Virus record (IMG/VR): IMGVR_UViG_3300033153_004497
Location: 1 to 63,827 of that record
From: a virus
Taxonomy: Duplodnaviria; Caudoviricetes
DNA: 63,827 nt
Reading direction: 5' to 3' (one strand)
Under the pieces are notes generated by a model, which was not told the DNA's origin, did not search any database, and was given only the letters and a program-made list of their open reading frames with translations. The position numbers and the translations under genes are program-made. Every line of letters begins with the position of its first letter. Within the stretch, counting starts at the first letter, position 1. Below, piece by piece: positions 9,229 through 20,323 of the stretch.

Positions 9229-9712
9229 GAAGTAATGTCCAATATCTAAAAGTCATTCCCCTTGTTTTCTTGTACAACAATTTTTCTGTTGGTTTATTCT
9301 TGTGTAACCTTTTTGGGTTTCTGACTCTTCTGATATACCCCGCAAAATCTACATGTTTATTTCTGGGTTCATTCAATCTGTACCCTGTATAAATTCCCGC
9401 ATACTCAGGAATGTCATCTTCAATTTTTGCAAGCAATAAAGCAGGAACCAGAAAACAAAAATAGTTGGCAATTAAATTCCCTCTCTGTAGTTCCTCATGT
9501 TTCATTCTGAATCTGCCCACCGTTTTCCTGAAGTCAGCTAGGAAATCTGATCGACTCGTTTTGATTTCAATTTCCTCAACCATCAGACTTCCGTTCCTGA
9601 CACACATGATATCCATTTCATACCCCTGATTAAAATGAGTATTTGGAATCATCAGCGTATATCGTTGCTGTTGTGTGGCATTGAAAGCCAACTGTAATTC
9701 AAGGGCATTCAT
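9194..9712 (-). CDS. MmcB-like PD-(D/E)xK nuclease
   Basis: EMDIM...EIEIKTSRSDFLADFRK...NYFCF...PEYAGI. Confidence 0.7.
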   Translation of the reverse strand: MNALELQLAFNATQQQRYTLMIPNTHFNQGYEMDIMCVRNGSLMVEEIEIKTSRSDFLADFRKTVGRFRMKHEELQRGNLIANYFCFLVPALLLAKIEDDIPEYAGIYTGYRLNEPRNKHVDFAGYIRRVRNPKRLHKNKPTEKLLYKKTRGMTFRYWTLLHERQKHLQTKS

Positions 9713-9713
9713 A

Positions 9714-11775
9714 TTAGTTCAGCAATTTGGTACACATCATTATTGCTTCCCTTTCTGAAAACTCACTTTCCCCCGCAGCAACTAGAATCTGTGCGTATTC
9801 CGTAGAAGGAATTATTCTGAGCATGTGCTTCTTGCCCCGAAATGCTTTAGCGAACTCTGCATTTGATGCTACAAACTCACGGGTATTCATATTCAGGTAT
9901 CGATAGCTAATGGGTTTTTCAGCTTCACTCTTTTTCATTGATGACCTCAAAATAATCTATGGTCTTGCATCTGGGACAGACCATAAGAATATCTTTACTG
10001 TTTTTTCTGGTGGTGAACTCAGTATTCTTACTTACGCCTGTCCACTCACAAGCCTTGCATCGAAGATCGATATCCCACAGAGAAACATCACCATCATTCT
10101 CTTGGTTGGTCATTTCCTGCCTCCCGTTCCTGCTTGATGATCAAGATTTTATAGACAGATATAATTGACCTCATAAAAAGATCAAGAATATACAGAAGCA
10201 CCAACACGGCTAACAAATAAATAAACCATTCAGGTAATACAATTGTAATCATCGTTCCACTCCCCGTAAAATGTTTTAACTACTACCCACTTATGAATAA
10301 TGCTGTGTGGGGTGACATCAGGAATATCCCGCACCACGCCCACAAAAGTCATGTCTTCATGCACTGCACCCCCATTAACATACTCAGTCAGGAAAACATT
10401 GGATTGACTGACTACCCTGTAATTCAGGGGATTCCTGCACTGGTACAAATAAGACTTGAATAATGCCCATCCAATTTGTGACATGTTTATAAGCCACTCC
10501 TGAAATGATTTTATTTTCATCCCTTGCCCTCAAATATGTAGGTCAAAAGTTTGGCTAATAATGCAGCAACCACAATAACCCAAAATGCAAAACCTATCCA
10601 CATCATCAACTCAAATATGTCATCAGCAAAAAACCACCATCTGCCCCATTTGCATTCCATTATTTCGGGGGATAGGGTTCAGCCCCGTCTTCGGGTTTCT
10701 CCCCACTCAACGCACAGCATTTAAAAAATGCAGCATTCTGATGTAGTTGATCAATCCGTTCCCTTTGCCTTTTCTCAATTCCCTGATAATTGAATGTCAC
10801 ATTTTTTATTCGGTCATTCAATTCATCTATTTGTTTTTGTAGTGGGTCATTCACAGCAGCCCAATAATTAGCGAACCACCCTTGCACCCAACCAACATCC
10901 ATATCTGTACGCCGTCCGGGATATTCAGCCCTATTAATTTTTTTCAAAGTCTTACAGAAATGTTCAGCCCAATGCAGTGCATCAGTGCTAGTTGTATTCA
11001 GTTCATCACTCATTGTAATTTCCCTTCATAGTATTCAATGGTAGGCAAAAGTTTGTTGATCTTATGTGAGGCATCAATTGTGATTGTCCATTTATTATCA
11101 ACCCCCAAAGCATCTTCACCCTCAACCCCAGATTCACCAACCAGTTCTATGATTTCATCAAGGCAATTCCGATACCAAGAATATTCATCGAATTTAAAAA
11201 TCAGCACATCACTCATTTTGTATCCATGTTATCGGTTGCCACTTTCCATTGCGGTTTTCAAATGAACCATCCTGCTTTAGATATAAGGTCTCCCCATAAG
11301 CATAAACATATTTCTTCCCATTAGGAAAAATTTTTATCCTTAGATAAATATCCGAACTGCCATATTGGAAAGCAATGTAATGCCACCCAAATAAAAAGTT
11401 GGTAAGTTTAATCCACCACATCTTTACTTGCCGTCATAATACGAACCGTTGTTGCAGTACACAATTCCGTACTCGACATAAGCAACCCCACCCCTGTCAT
11501 ATTGATTACACCAAAAAGCACCGTTCTCAGGGTACAAAGGATTGTCTTCCCCACACCCTATTAACAATGTAAATAGAATGCAAATAGCAGCTACTTGAAT
11601 CATCATTTCACAGTAGGATATTTTTTGGTGTCTTCGGTAGTGGCTTTCCCCTCATCAACCCACCCAAACCCTACCCAATTTTTAACAACACCATCAAGAA
11701 TAATTCTAGGATGTTTCTTTTCATTCCCTGCCACCATACGAATAGTGCTCACCGCACTTCTAGGAATAGTTTTAA
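9714..11775 (-). CDS. Cluster of small accessory hypothetical genes (9714-9950, 9925-10113, 10230-10520, 10660-11013, 11010-11216, 11209-11421, 11424-11606 and others)
   Basis: Overlapping minus-strand ORFs; 11424-11606 has a lipobox-like LIGC; 9925-10113 has two CxxC motifs. Confidence 0.5.
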
Positions 11776-12539
11776 TCATTGTGTTTCCCTTCCTTGATTT
11801 CAGAATCGTAAATCATCTTTTCTTCATCGGGTAAAGTGTCAACTGCCTTGGTGACATTTACCCCCGCAAACAAGCTATATTTCTCCCTGAATACCGCAGT
11901 AGCTATTGGTGCAATTCCTTCCAGAAAAGTAAGGATAGCATTTGAGTAAACCTGAATTTCATATTGTGCATGTTCATGACTTCTCTCTTTGCAGAACCGA
12001 TACCAGTTAAACAGGTTAGCAGTTGCAAACATATGCGAGTACGCCCCCACAGGTAAAACAGATCGTGCTAATTCTCTTGGGGTATCTGCCCGAAGCAATC
12101 TTTTGTACACCTGAAAAGAAGCACGGTTTGCAGCATCGATATCTGACTTTATCAGTTCAGAATAAGGATGCTCTTCCTTGGTTCTCATCTGCTTATTGTC
12201 CTTGGATTGCAAGGTAATCATTTCGGCTTCAGGAAGATAATATTCTTCAGGTAGTTCCCGATATCGTGCCGACAATTCATTATAGGATTGTGTCCTGTGT
12301 CTATGCCACTGGCGAAAAACAAAGATAGGTGCTTTCACTTCAAAAGTAATGCACGTTGATTCGAATGGTGTATTGTGTCCATTCATCAGCAGGTACTTAA
12401 TAAGCCCCTTATCTTCCTCACGGGCTTCAGCATCATAAGAGACCCTAGCATTCCGACTGATAGACAGATCACCCCCCATGTAATCTACGAGCCGCACAAG
12501 CCCATGATCAAGAACCTTTACACTGTCACCCCGTTTCAT
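11772..12539 (-). CDS. thyX: FAD-dependent thymidylate synthase
   Basis: GHNTPFE, RQWHRHRTQSYNELSARY, ELARSVLP, HAQYEI. Confidence 0.95.
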   Translation of the reverse strand: MKRGDSVKVLDHGLVRLVDYMGGDLSISRNARVSYDAEAREEDKGLIKYLLMNGHNTPFESTCITFEVKAPIFVFRQWHRHRTQSYNELSARYRELPEEYYLPEAEMITLQSKDNKQMRTKEEHPYSELIKSDIDAANRASFQVYKRLLRADTPRELARSVLPVGAYSHMFATANLFNWYRFCKERSHEHAQYEIQVYSNAILTFLEGIAPIATAVFREKYSLFAGVNVTKAVDTLPDEEKMIYDSEIKEGKHND

Positions 12540-12982
12540 GTGGCAAGCCCTCCTTCTACCTCAGCTTTGACTTCAACCCCACCCTTTGCAGATGTCCACG
12601 ATGTCCACAAAGCACAAAATTCTGTTGCTGCTACTTCGGGGAATACTGATCTAGGTTGCAGGGAAGCATCGAACCCGCTTCGAACAACTATAACCGTGGG
12701 TGGATTGTAATGACACGTTCCTGCTGATTCATCCTTTCCTGTTTCCATTTCCCACCACTTACACGTATCACATGTTGTTTTTCTCATCTCGTTTATCCTC
12801 TAATTTGGTTTATGAAAACCACACCATAATGTTCTTGATGTAATAGGAAATGCCTCTGTAAACCCTGTCACACTATCCGCATAAGGCAGAACCTTTGGTG
12901 GGTAATATCGACATTGACCCTTCTTATGATTATCTGGTTTCTGGAACCAATAACGACAATTACCACAGATAGAATCAGTCAT
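12536..12982 (-). CDS. Two paralogous small Cys-rich proteins (12536-12787 and 12800-12982)
   Basis: Shared CxxCx(W/Y)W...GxCxYxPP...FP......(F/W)C pattern. Confidence 0.65.
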
Positions 12983-13512
12983 TAGAATTGTTTGCCTCCG
13001 AAGTGAGTACGGGCTTCCCGCTTGTGATCAAGTCTAGTTGTGTTGTAAAGCATCTTATCTGTAACCGCACCTTTAAGGTCATAGCCTTGATTCTCAGATA
13101 CCGTAACAATCGATTCAATCAACATAGAGTAATTGCGGGTCATATCTGAATGGGGGTATCTGCTATAGACATAGGCAAGTTCAATTACATCTGCATTGAT
13201 TCCCAGATGTTGTTTACCAATTGTGTTGTCTTCGAAGCACCAAACATTAGAAGGGTATCCCTGCTTGTAAAGAACCTTCATGTGCTGCCCAAAATCCAGA
13301 ACCCTAATCAGGGCATCAGCTAATTCTACTTCCCCCATTTTCCTGTGGGGTAGGTGGTCATCCATCAAATCTTTTCGTTCCCCCTCAGTGGCTTCTGCTA
13401 TCTCAGTAGAGACCAATTGAAGTTTCTGGTAGACACATTCATTAGGGTCATCCCACCAACCTACAGAAACATTCCACTCATAAATCTTTTTAGCGTACCT
13501 GTTGAAGTTCAT
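12982..13512 (-). CDS. MazG-like NTP pyrophosphatase
   Basis: LVSTEIAEATEG...EVELADALIRVLD...KMLYNTTR. Confidence 0.75.
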   Translation of the reverse strand: MNFNRYAKKIYEWNVSVGWWDDPNECVYQKLQLVSTEIAEATEGERKDLMDDHLPHRKMGEVELADALIRVLDFGQHMKVLYKQGYPSNVWCFEDNTIGKQHLGINADVIELAYVYSRYPHSDMTRNYSMLIESIVTVSENQGYDLKGAVTDKMLYNTTRLDHKREARTHFGGKQF

Positions 13513-13934
13513 AACCCCCCCATTAATTGAGCATAATTAAATTTAATTCCTAATGCTTTTTTGATGGAACCAAGAGTAGTGCTGAATGTTTTTACCTGTC
13601 CATTATAAATATTACAGTGGGTAGGAAGGTTAATATTTCCTTCGACAAATTGAATACCCTTAAGAGTGATACACCAATATCCGCTTGTTCTTTTGCTTGG
13701 GTCATTTGGATTAGGTTTCTCAACCACCAAACCCCAATATCTGAGTTTGGCAAAATCTCCCCCTCCCGCAGCAGGGTTGCCAAGTTTTTTTATATGATGA
13801 AAACCCCCACCCATTTTATAAAGCAGTATTAACTGGTATGCCATTTGTCCATATAATTTACGCCTGTAGATTTTCACTAACTGACCACAGCACGGACAAT
13901 TGCTACCATCCAACATATCGAATTGTTCATTCAT
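13509..13934 (-). CDS. Zn-finger/winged-helix hypothetical protein
   Basis: CPCCGQ...KLRYWGLV...GYWCITLKG. Confidence 0.6.
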   Translation of the reverse strand: MNEQFDMLDGSNCPCCGQLVKIYRRKLYGQMAYQLILLYKMGGGFHHIKKLGNPAAGGGDFAKLRYWGLVVEKPNPNDPSKRTSGYWCITLKGIQFVEGNINLPTHCNIYNGQVKTFSTTLGSIKKALGIKFNYAQLMGGL

Positions 13935-14005
13935 TGCTATCCCCCAATTGCAAAAAAGGACACACCCGAAAGTGTATCCTTAATTTTTTTACTGTTGGCT
14001 AAGCC

Positions 14006-14851
14006 CTAGCTTTCAGTTTCGTCATCATCGTCATCATCATCACCCAGAGAAGGGTGAACGGCGATAACCAGAGCAGCAGCTTTCTCAGCAGTCATAGCAC
14101 CCAGAAACTTCTTCACAGCAGCTACAGTAACTTTGGGTTTGCCAATGTTACCTTCGATATAGCCCAACGTGATTTGCTCAAGTGCAACATTGTCATGCTC
14201 AGTTCCAGACTCTTCCTTTTTCTTGGCAAGAGCTTCCTTAATCGTTTCCTTCTGATCAGGGTGAACCTTGAAAACCATTGATGAAACTTTGGTGGTAACT
14301 TCATCACCATTGTCATCTGTCTTGGCTTTGCCTTCTTTCAGTCCCTTCACATATTCCTGAATTTCCAGAGAATTCATTGTGTCAGCACGTTTGACCCACT
14401 CAGCAACATTGTCTTCAGTAAGCAGATCGATTATGAAACGAAGTTTTGACCAACCGATTGATTTAACATCTGCCCACTTGATTCCCGCAGCAACCAGTTT
14501 TTCGTAGATGTTGACAAGGTACATGCACTTCCGATATGGAAGACCTAACCCTGTTTCGATGTAGTCTTTGAAAGATTCGTAGTCATTACCTTCCCACCAC
14601 TTTTCTTCCTGAATCCGTTGAAGAACTCCACCAAGTTTAAAGTCATTGATACCTTCCGCTTCGATAAGTTCAGGGGCAAGTTTCAGTGCTTTTGCTTTGG
14701 TGAGATTTTCAACTTCGGTTGAAGACGCAATGATTAGATCACCTGTCTCCGCTTTGGCTTTCACAGCCTTCACAGCAGGAGCCTTTGTCGTAGGTTTGTC
14801 TGCTGTTAAATTCGCCATCTTTGGCGCAGTCTTCGATGTGGATTTTGCCAT
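14006..14851 (-). CDS. Hypothetical protein, candidate DNA-binding protein (Lys/Ala-rich N-terminus, acidic tail)
   Basis: AGGAG RBS; TTGACA promoter at about 14920; YESFKDYIE..LGL..IGWSKL motif; flanking terminator at 13952-13990. Confidence 0.6.
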   Translation of the reverse strand: MAKSTSKTAPKMANLTADKPTTKAPAVKAVKAKAETGDLIIASSTEVENLTKAKALKLAPELIEAEGINDFKLGGVLQRIQEEKWWEGNDYESFKDYIETGLGLPYRKCMYLVNIYEKLVAAGIKWADVKSIGWSKLRFIIDLLTEDNVAEWVKRADTMNSLEIQEYVKGLKEGKAKTDDNGDEVTTKVSSMVFKVHPDQKETIKEALAKKKEESGTEHDNVALEQITLGYIEGNIGKPKVTVAAVKKFLGAMTAEKAAALVIAVHPSLGDDDDDDDETES

Positions 14852-14944
14852 GTTTAAAATCTCCTAAATTTTCATGTTCAATTGTTTGACTCTGTAAGCT
14901 TAAACTATTTTATAATATTTGTCAAGCACAATTTGATACTAAGA

Positions 14945-15478
14945 TCAAATATTTTCTACAGGGGAATGATCGATAGACAAATGTTTTGCATCCCCTTTCT
15001 TCCAAACACCTTTATCATCAGCAATACCTAAATGCATAAACAGGGTGCAAATAGCAAGCCCATAGGCATCAGATAAATTATCATCAGTGGTATCGTATCC
15101 CCAATTTTTATAGACCCCCAACATAATCAAGTTCTTTGCACACTGCCCCTTGCCCGTGACAAATTTCTTCAAAGTTGGTGGTGGTATTAATTTATAATCA
15201 TACTCCGATTGCCACAAAAAGTATCGAATAACTGTCCCAACAGAATACGTGATTTCGTGATTATATTTGGAACCAAAAGAATATCCTTCTAGCCCAATCA
15301 GATCAGGTTTAAATTTTTTCAGCATATCAATTATGCATCCCCCGATATCCCCCAACCTTTGCATCTCTTTATGCTTGGAAGAATACACACCCTGATAAAC
15401 CGTTTGAATAACACCCTTCTTGTTATCTAAAACTATTAATCCCATTTTGGTACTTGGGTCAATTCCTAGAACTCTCAT
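14945..15478 (-). CDS. ruvC: RuvC-like Holliday junction resolvase
   Basis: LGIDPS, LEGY, PPTLKKFVTGKG, DNLSDA. Confidence 0.85.
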   Translation of the reverse strand: MRVLGIDPSTKMGLIVLDNKKGVIQTVYQGVYSSKHKEMQRLGDIGGCIIDMLKKFKPDLIGLEGYSFGSKYNHEITYSVGTVIRYFLWQSEYDYKLIPPPTLKKFVTGKGQCAKNLIMLGVYKNWGYDTTDDNLSDAYGLAICTLFMHLGIADDKGVWKKGDAKHLSIDHSPVENI

Positions 15479-15699
15479 GATTTATTTTCCTCATAACCTA
15501 GACATTTGACATCACACAACATATTGAATGCTCCGACTTCTGCGGGAGTCAATGGCCCATAGAAACGAGATGAAAATAAACTCTCAGATTTCATATAATG
15601 TTTGCTGTCATGAATCACTAAATGTAAACCACCATACTCATTATAAAAAGGTGATTCCCGTTGAGTTTCCCATTTACGCCTTGTCAATTTCTCACTCAT
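15475..15699 (-). CDS. Hypothetical protein
   Basis: Coupled ORF between the nuclease genes. Confidence 0.55.
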   Translation of the reverse strand: MSEKLTRRKWETQRESPFYNEYGGLHLVIHDSKHYMKSESLFSSRFYGPLTPAEVGAFNMLCDVKCLGYEENKS

Positions 15700-16586
15700 T
15701 ATGATTTTTCCTCAAAACAGGTTTCTCTGTAGGTGCATCTTTTTGCACGTTTGCATGTCATGTTAGGACAAATCCGTTTTGGCATTTTTCCATCCTTCTT
15801 AAATTTCTTCACTGCTAATGCTTTTGCGTACACACTTTCTAATCCTTTAGCATCCCCCCGCTTAACCTTAAACTCTTTGAATGGGGAAAAATTCGCGTCA
15901 CTTACACCTTTGCGTCCTTCGAAATCATCCTTGAATCCAAACCCCTTGCAGCAGTAAAGTAGCAGCCCAAAATCCAAATTTATCTTCACATCAAAATCCA
16001 TCCAAGTGCTGTGACTCAGTAGATCAAGATAAAACTGTGTTCGTTTTCTGTGCTCAGATAATGGGGCATGTAATTCCCTGAACTGATCTTTGTCGATGGT
16101 TTTAATTTCCACTGGTGTCAGGACATCATTTTTCCATAGCAGGAAATCTATCCCACAACTACAATCATATTCAGGGGAGTAGGCACGGGGTTCTATGTAG
16201 ACACACATGACTCCATCTATCGAACAATTGTCACAGGTCTCAGGAACGGTTTGATATTCGTGAACGTAAAGGCAGTTCAAACATTCCCAATTCCCTAGCG
16301 CATATTTTCTCAACCACTTATCCCGCACCTGATCTTCATACCATCTGCCCACCTGAAAAGTCACGTTCAAAGAAGTTCCAAGTCTCCCATCTTTTCTGTT
16401 GTCTCCATCCCGCAAAAGAAACGCCCGTTCTCTAGGGCAAAATTCAATATCCTCTTTGGTCAATTCTGAGGCATGGAGTGTTTCAAGACTTCTGGGTTCA
16501 TCAATCACAGCAAGTTCTTTGTGCAACAGATATTTCAATCCTTGCTCAGATTTCATCTCACTGGACTTTTTAAACTTAGTCACCAT
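15699..16586 (-). CDS. Cas4-like PD-(D/E)xK exonuclease
   Basis: HASEL..FCPR, IDF..VEIKT, QFY, C-terminal CxxC...C cluster. Confidence 0.75.
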   Translation of the reverse strand: MVTKFKKSSEMKSEQGLKYLLHKELAVIDEPRSLETLHASELTKEDIEFCPRERAFLLRDGDNRKDGRLGTSLNVTFQVGRWYEDQVRDKWLRKYALGNWECLNCLYVHEYQTVPETCDNCSIDGVMCVYIEPRAYSPEYDCSCGIDFLLWKNDVLTPVEIKTIDKDQFRELHAPLSEHRKRTQFYLDLLSHSTWMDFDVKINLDFGLLLYCCKGFGFKDDFEGRKGVSDANFSPFKEFKVKRGDAKGLESVYAKALAVKKFKKDGKMPKRICPNMTCKRAKRCTYRETCFEEKS

Positions 16587-16917
16587 TCTGTAAATACCAC
16601 TCCGCAAAATCGTTAAACAAATTCAGGGGAATTAATGCCCAATCATTACTTCTCTTATTGCCCGTTGAATCCACAAAAGAAATTGTGAGCACAGGAGTCA
16701 AATTAGTTTGCAGGGCTTCCACCCTGATTTTTTGTAGCCACTCTTCTTTGAGCGACATACTTTTATTGGTGGTTGATTTACATTCAATTCTAAACTGCCC
16801 TAGCACCCCATCAGATTTCATACCATCAATAGAACCAGACGCAATAGTTTGGACTGCCCCCATATTTTTAAGCACCCGTGTTTCCGATTTCTGCCCGTGC
16901 AATGGAACATCAGTCAT
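16576..16917 (-). CDS. Hjc-like PD-(D/E)xK resolvase/endonuclease
   Basis: E..V..ASGS..KSD..IECKST..WLQKI..EA. Confidence 0.7.
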   Translation of the reverse strand: MTDVPLHGQKSETRVLKNMGAVQTIASGSIDGMKSDGVLGQFRIECKSTTNKSMSLKEEWLQKIRVEALQTNLTPVLTISFVDSTGNKRSNDWALIPLNLFNDFAEWYLQNGD

Positions 16918-16927
16918 ATACGGATTT

Positions 16928-17980
16928 TTATTCTTCGTAGTCTTCCGCTTCCACTTCATAAAGTTCTTCCATTTTTGCTTCCATGATTTTGTCTCTCACC
17001 GCATCCAAGAGTTTTGGATTTCCGTAAAGTTCTTCCCGCACTGCTTTGTAAGTTTTATATTGCTGATCGAAGCAGGTTACAAATTTTCCTTCCTTGTACA
17101 ACCATCCCAAATCTTTCAACTTAGTTGAAATAGTATTCCAATCATCAATGAACCCCACCTTTAATCCACCCTGATTAGTGATAGGGAAATCAAATACAAA
17201 TTCCTTGGTGAGTGTTCTGACTTTGGTTTTGAAAACGGTTCCCGTAACTTTTTTATATGAAGCCCTATCTTTATTGATACTAGGTTCAATAATATCATTG
17301 CCCCGAACTTTCACGGTCAAAGCTGAATGATGTTTTAAAGCTTTTCCCCCCGGCATGTCATCTGGACTTCCAAACATCACCCCGATTTTATTTCTCATTT
17401 GGTTGATAATCAGGACAGTAGGATATCTTCCGAAACTGGTAGCCTTCGACATTCCAACAATCAACTTCTTCACCATCTTGGTTATAACCAGTGCTGCCCC
17501 TCCCACTTGCATCTTAGCAGCATCAGATTCATCCTCATTGATAGTTATCATTGCCCCGATTGAATCCAGTACAACGCACCCCACATCCTCAGCAGAGACA
17601 ATCCCCTGAATGATATTGATTGCCTGTTCAGCATAATGGGGTTGAATAAGAGCAAGCTTTTTGGGGTCACAATTCACACCAATCATCGTTGCCCATTTCG
17701 GGTCAAAAGAATGTTCCAAATCGATGAACACATTTACCTTATCGGGTTCAAGTCTTTGGTTCATTGCAATTGCTTTCAAAGCAAGATTAGTTTTCCCGCT
17801 AGATTCCGCACCCCAAATAATAGAAGTTCTGCCCCGTGGGAATCCCCCACCAGTGGCATAATCGAATGGATAAATTCCTGTGGGCAACCTTTCAATATCC
17901 CCCACTTCATCAGCAGAAGTTACGAACTGTTCCCCGTGGGATTTTTTCAGGTCTACTTGAAGGTCACTTATTTTAGTCAT
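16928..17980 (-). CDS. recA: RecA/UvsX recombinase
   Basis: GGGFPRGR, GAESSGKT, VVLDSI, INQMRNKIGVMFGSP, PGGKALKH. Confidence 0.95.
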   Translation of the reverse strand: MTKISDLQVDLKKSHGEQFVTSADEVGDIERLPTGIYPFDYATGGGFPRGRTSIIWGAESSGKTNLALKAIAMNQRLEPDKVNVFIDLEHSFDPKWATMIGVNCDPKKLALIQPHYAEQAINIIQGIVSAEDVGCVVLDSIGAMITINEDESDAAKMQVGGAALVITKMVKKLIVGMSKATSFGRYPTVLIINQMRNKIGVMFGSPDDMPGGKALKHHSALTVKVRGNDIIEPSINKDRASYKKVTGTVFKTKVRTLTKEFVFDFPITNQGGLKVGFIDDWNTISTKLKDLGWLYKEGKFVTCFDQQYKTYKAVREELYGNPKLLDAVRDKIMEAKMEELYEVEAEDYEE

Positions 17981-18491
17981 TTTCTGTCACATACTCAGAA
18001 ACGACTTCCTCCATTTTCTGTTCACACCATCCTTTGCAGAATTCATAATTGCCTTCAATCTCTTCTTCATCAACTTCACTAGGAACATGAAGAGTCACAT
18101 GCACTTTCAGACTTTCATAATCCCCAAGATTTATAGTACGATCTAATCCGTACCCAACATTTGCCATTGGCTTATGGGATTCAACCACAGATTCAGCCCC
18201 CGCAGGAACTACCTCATAAAATTCTTCGGGGGAACCCTCTTCCTTCACAGAAACTTTTGCTGTTATGGGTTTACCTGCTTTCCCTACCTTCAACTTTGTT
18301 GGGGTAGCTACTATGGTAGATTCGGCTATATCAACAACCTCTTCATCAGGTTCAAAGGGTGGCTCATATTCAAAGGGTGGCTCATCATCCTCAAGTTCTT
18401 CCTGCTCTTCTTCAACAGGTTGGTCTGCTTCCTTGTGAACTACAAGCTTACCCTTCTTACCCTTTTTGATTGATAATTTCTTTACTGGCAC
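17973..18491 (-). CDS. Hypothetical protein with acidic N-terminus
   Basis: TINLGDYESLKV motif in the C-terminal domain. Confidence 0.6.
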   Translation of the reverse strand: MPVKKLSIKKGKKGKLVVHKEADQPVEEEQEELEDDEPPFEYEPPFEPDEEVVDIAESTIVATPTKLKVGKAGKPITAKVSVKEEGSPEEFYEVVPAGAESVVESHKPMANVGYGLDRTINLGDYESLKVHVTLHVPSEVDEEEIEGNYEFCKGWCEQKMEEVVSEYVTEND

Positions 18492-18951
18492 TTCGATTCC
18501 TCCAATTAGACTTCAGAAATTTCTTCATGTTTTTGGCAGTCGCAGCAGCACCATCTTCTTCAGCAGCTTTCACAAATTCCACAAGCAAAGGTAGCTGATC
18601 GATTGTGACCAGTTTCAGCTTCGTGTCATCAAAAGTAAAAGCAGGGAAATATTCACGATGGTAATATCCACGCAAAGTATTGATATTGATTCCAAGCTTG
18701 TCAGCAGCTTCACTCAATTTGATAACCACATATTTAACTTTCTTGGATTTAACCAATCTGCTTCCATCAGAAAAGATACCATTCTCTTCCTTGTACTTAT
18801 CCTGAACACGCAACTTTGCAGCAGCCTTATAAGCAGGGTCATCTGCATAACGCTTTTTCTTACGCTTGTTTATGTCCTTGGCATTTTCCTTGTACCAATC
18901 TTTAAACACCCTTTTTTTCTTAGATGTTTTTCTTCCGTTTCCCGTTCCCAT
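18457..18951 (-). CDS. MerR-like HTH protein
   Basis: LSEAADKLGININTLRGYY. Confidence 0.6.
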   Translation of the reverse strand: MGTGNGRKTSKKKRVFKDWYKENAKDINKRKKKRYADDPAYKAAAKLRVQDKYKEENGIFSDGSRLVKSKKVKYVVIKLSEAADKLGININTLRGYYHREYFPAFTFDDTKLKLVTIDQLPLLVEFVKAAEEDGAAATAKNMKKFLKSNWRNRSASKEIINQKG

Positions 18952-18955
18952 CTCA

Positions 18956-20323
18956 TCAACCTCCAACAATGTTTAATGCTTTCAGATTATAATATTTACA
19001 TCTGCTCTTAAAATAATTCTTCAGCAACTTTATTGAATCTACAAAATCATAGACCAAAGGGATTTTCTTACCTTCCAATTCCCGAACAACTCTCCCCACC
19101 GTTTGTTCTATATTCGCTCTTGGTGTCATCAGTACCGCAGTGTCCCAATGTGGGAAGTCCGTGCCGTACTCTGTCATTTTATAGGTAGCCAAAACCACCC
19201 GTTTGTGTGCCTGTTCTATCAAGTCCTGTTTCGCTTGTTCAGTGTTCTTTTTCATGCCCACATAAAATCCTATGTCAGACATTTTCATTCCTGCATTCAC
19301 CAGACATTCATATGCGTATTCCAAATGCTTTAGGGTTTCTGCAAAGCAAACAATATTCCTGTCCCTGCTGTAAGCAAACATAATTTTCTTGGTTATGATT
19401 GCTTGCCTGTTCTGGTGCTGCCCCAAAAAATTATTTAAGTTTACCGTTCTCCCTGCCTTGTACTTCACCCACATGGGAACCGTTACATCAACTTGAACCA
19501 CCACCACATTGAACGACATGGGCAAAACATCTGCTTTAATAATCGTTCTTCCAATGTGATCTTTAAACACATGTTCTTTTCTATCTGATCTTTTTAATTG
19601 TGCCGACAATCCCAACCGATATTTTGCGGGAAGTTGCCACATGCACCCAACAAATTTGTCAGCAGCCATTAGATGAACTTCATCTATAATCACAAACCCG
19701 AATTGTTTATAAACCCAACTCGGATATCTTTTCTGTTTCATCATGGATTGCACGTAAGCAATGACCACGAATTTACCAATGACATTACAAATATCTCCCT
19801 TGATCAATCCAATATCTTTTGCATCCATTCCCAGAAACTTCTTCAGCGAATTTCTCCACTGCCCTTCCAAATCTGACTTGGTTATTAACACTAAGGTTGT
19901 CTTAGCAATTCTCGAAACAGCATAACAACCAATATAGGTTTTCCCAAAACCTGTACTAGCATTAACAATAATGCCAGTGCATCCATCTGCATACTCAGTA
20001 TCGAATTCATCACATACCCTTTGCTGATCTTCGTTGCGGGGTTTCCCCGAAAACACAACATCAATTTCATACCCTTCTGCTCTTCGATCTTCTGCCCCCA
20101 AACAATATTTTGTTCTGGGTAGCATAATTCTTGGGCTACTCGTATTTTTACCAATAACCCTATAATTTATATACGGTTTTTTAAACCTGTCCACCAGACT
20201 ATATTTATCCCTTAGCTCTGGGGTGTAATCAAATACCGCAGCAGCCCCCGTATAAATCGGATTTGAAACAGAGGCAGGAGATTGCTCCCTTGCCTCTCTC
20301 GCTAGTTTCAGCAACAAGGACAT
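18956..20323 (-). CDS. SF2 DEAH/DEVH helicase (UvsW-like)
   Basis: STGFGKT, IIDEVH, GLSA, QTVGRVVR. Confidence 0.9.
   Translation of the reverse strand: MSLLLKLAREAREQSPASVSNPIYTGAAAVFDYTPELRDKYSLVDRFKKPYINYRVIGKNTSSPRIMLPRTKYCLGAEDRRAEGYEIDVVFSGKPRNEDQQRVCDEFDTEYADGCTGIIVNASTGFGKTYIGCYAVSRIAKTTLVLITKSDLEGQWRNSLKKFLGMDAKDIGLIKGDICNVIGKFVVIAYVQSMMKQKRYPSWVYKQFGFVIIDEVHLMAADKFVGCMWQLPAKYRLGLSAQLKRSDRKEHVFKDHIGRTIIKADVLPMSFNVVVVQVDVTVPMWVKYKAGRTVNLNNFLGQHQNRQAIITKKIMFAYSRDRNIVCFAETLKHLEYAYECLVNAGMKMSDIGFYVGMKKNTEQAKQDLIEQAHKRVVLATYKMTEYGTDFPHWDTAVLMTPRANIEQTVGRVVRELEGKKIPLVYDFVDSIKLLKNYFKSRCKYYNLKALNIVGG

Noticed and set aside
15699-16586. CRISPR-Cas system suggested by the Cas4-like gene
   Set aside because: No repeat-spacer array or other cas genes; solo Cas4-like nucleases are common in phage recombination modules.
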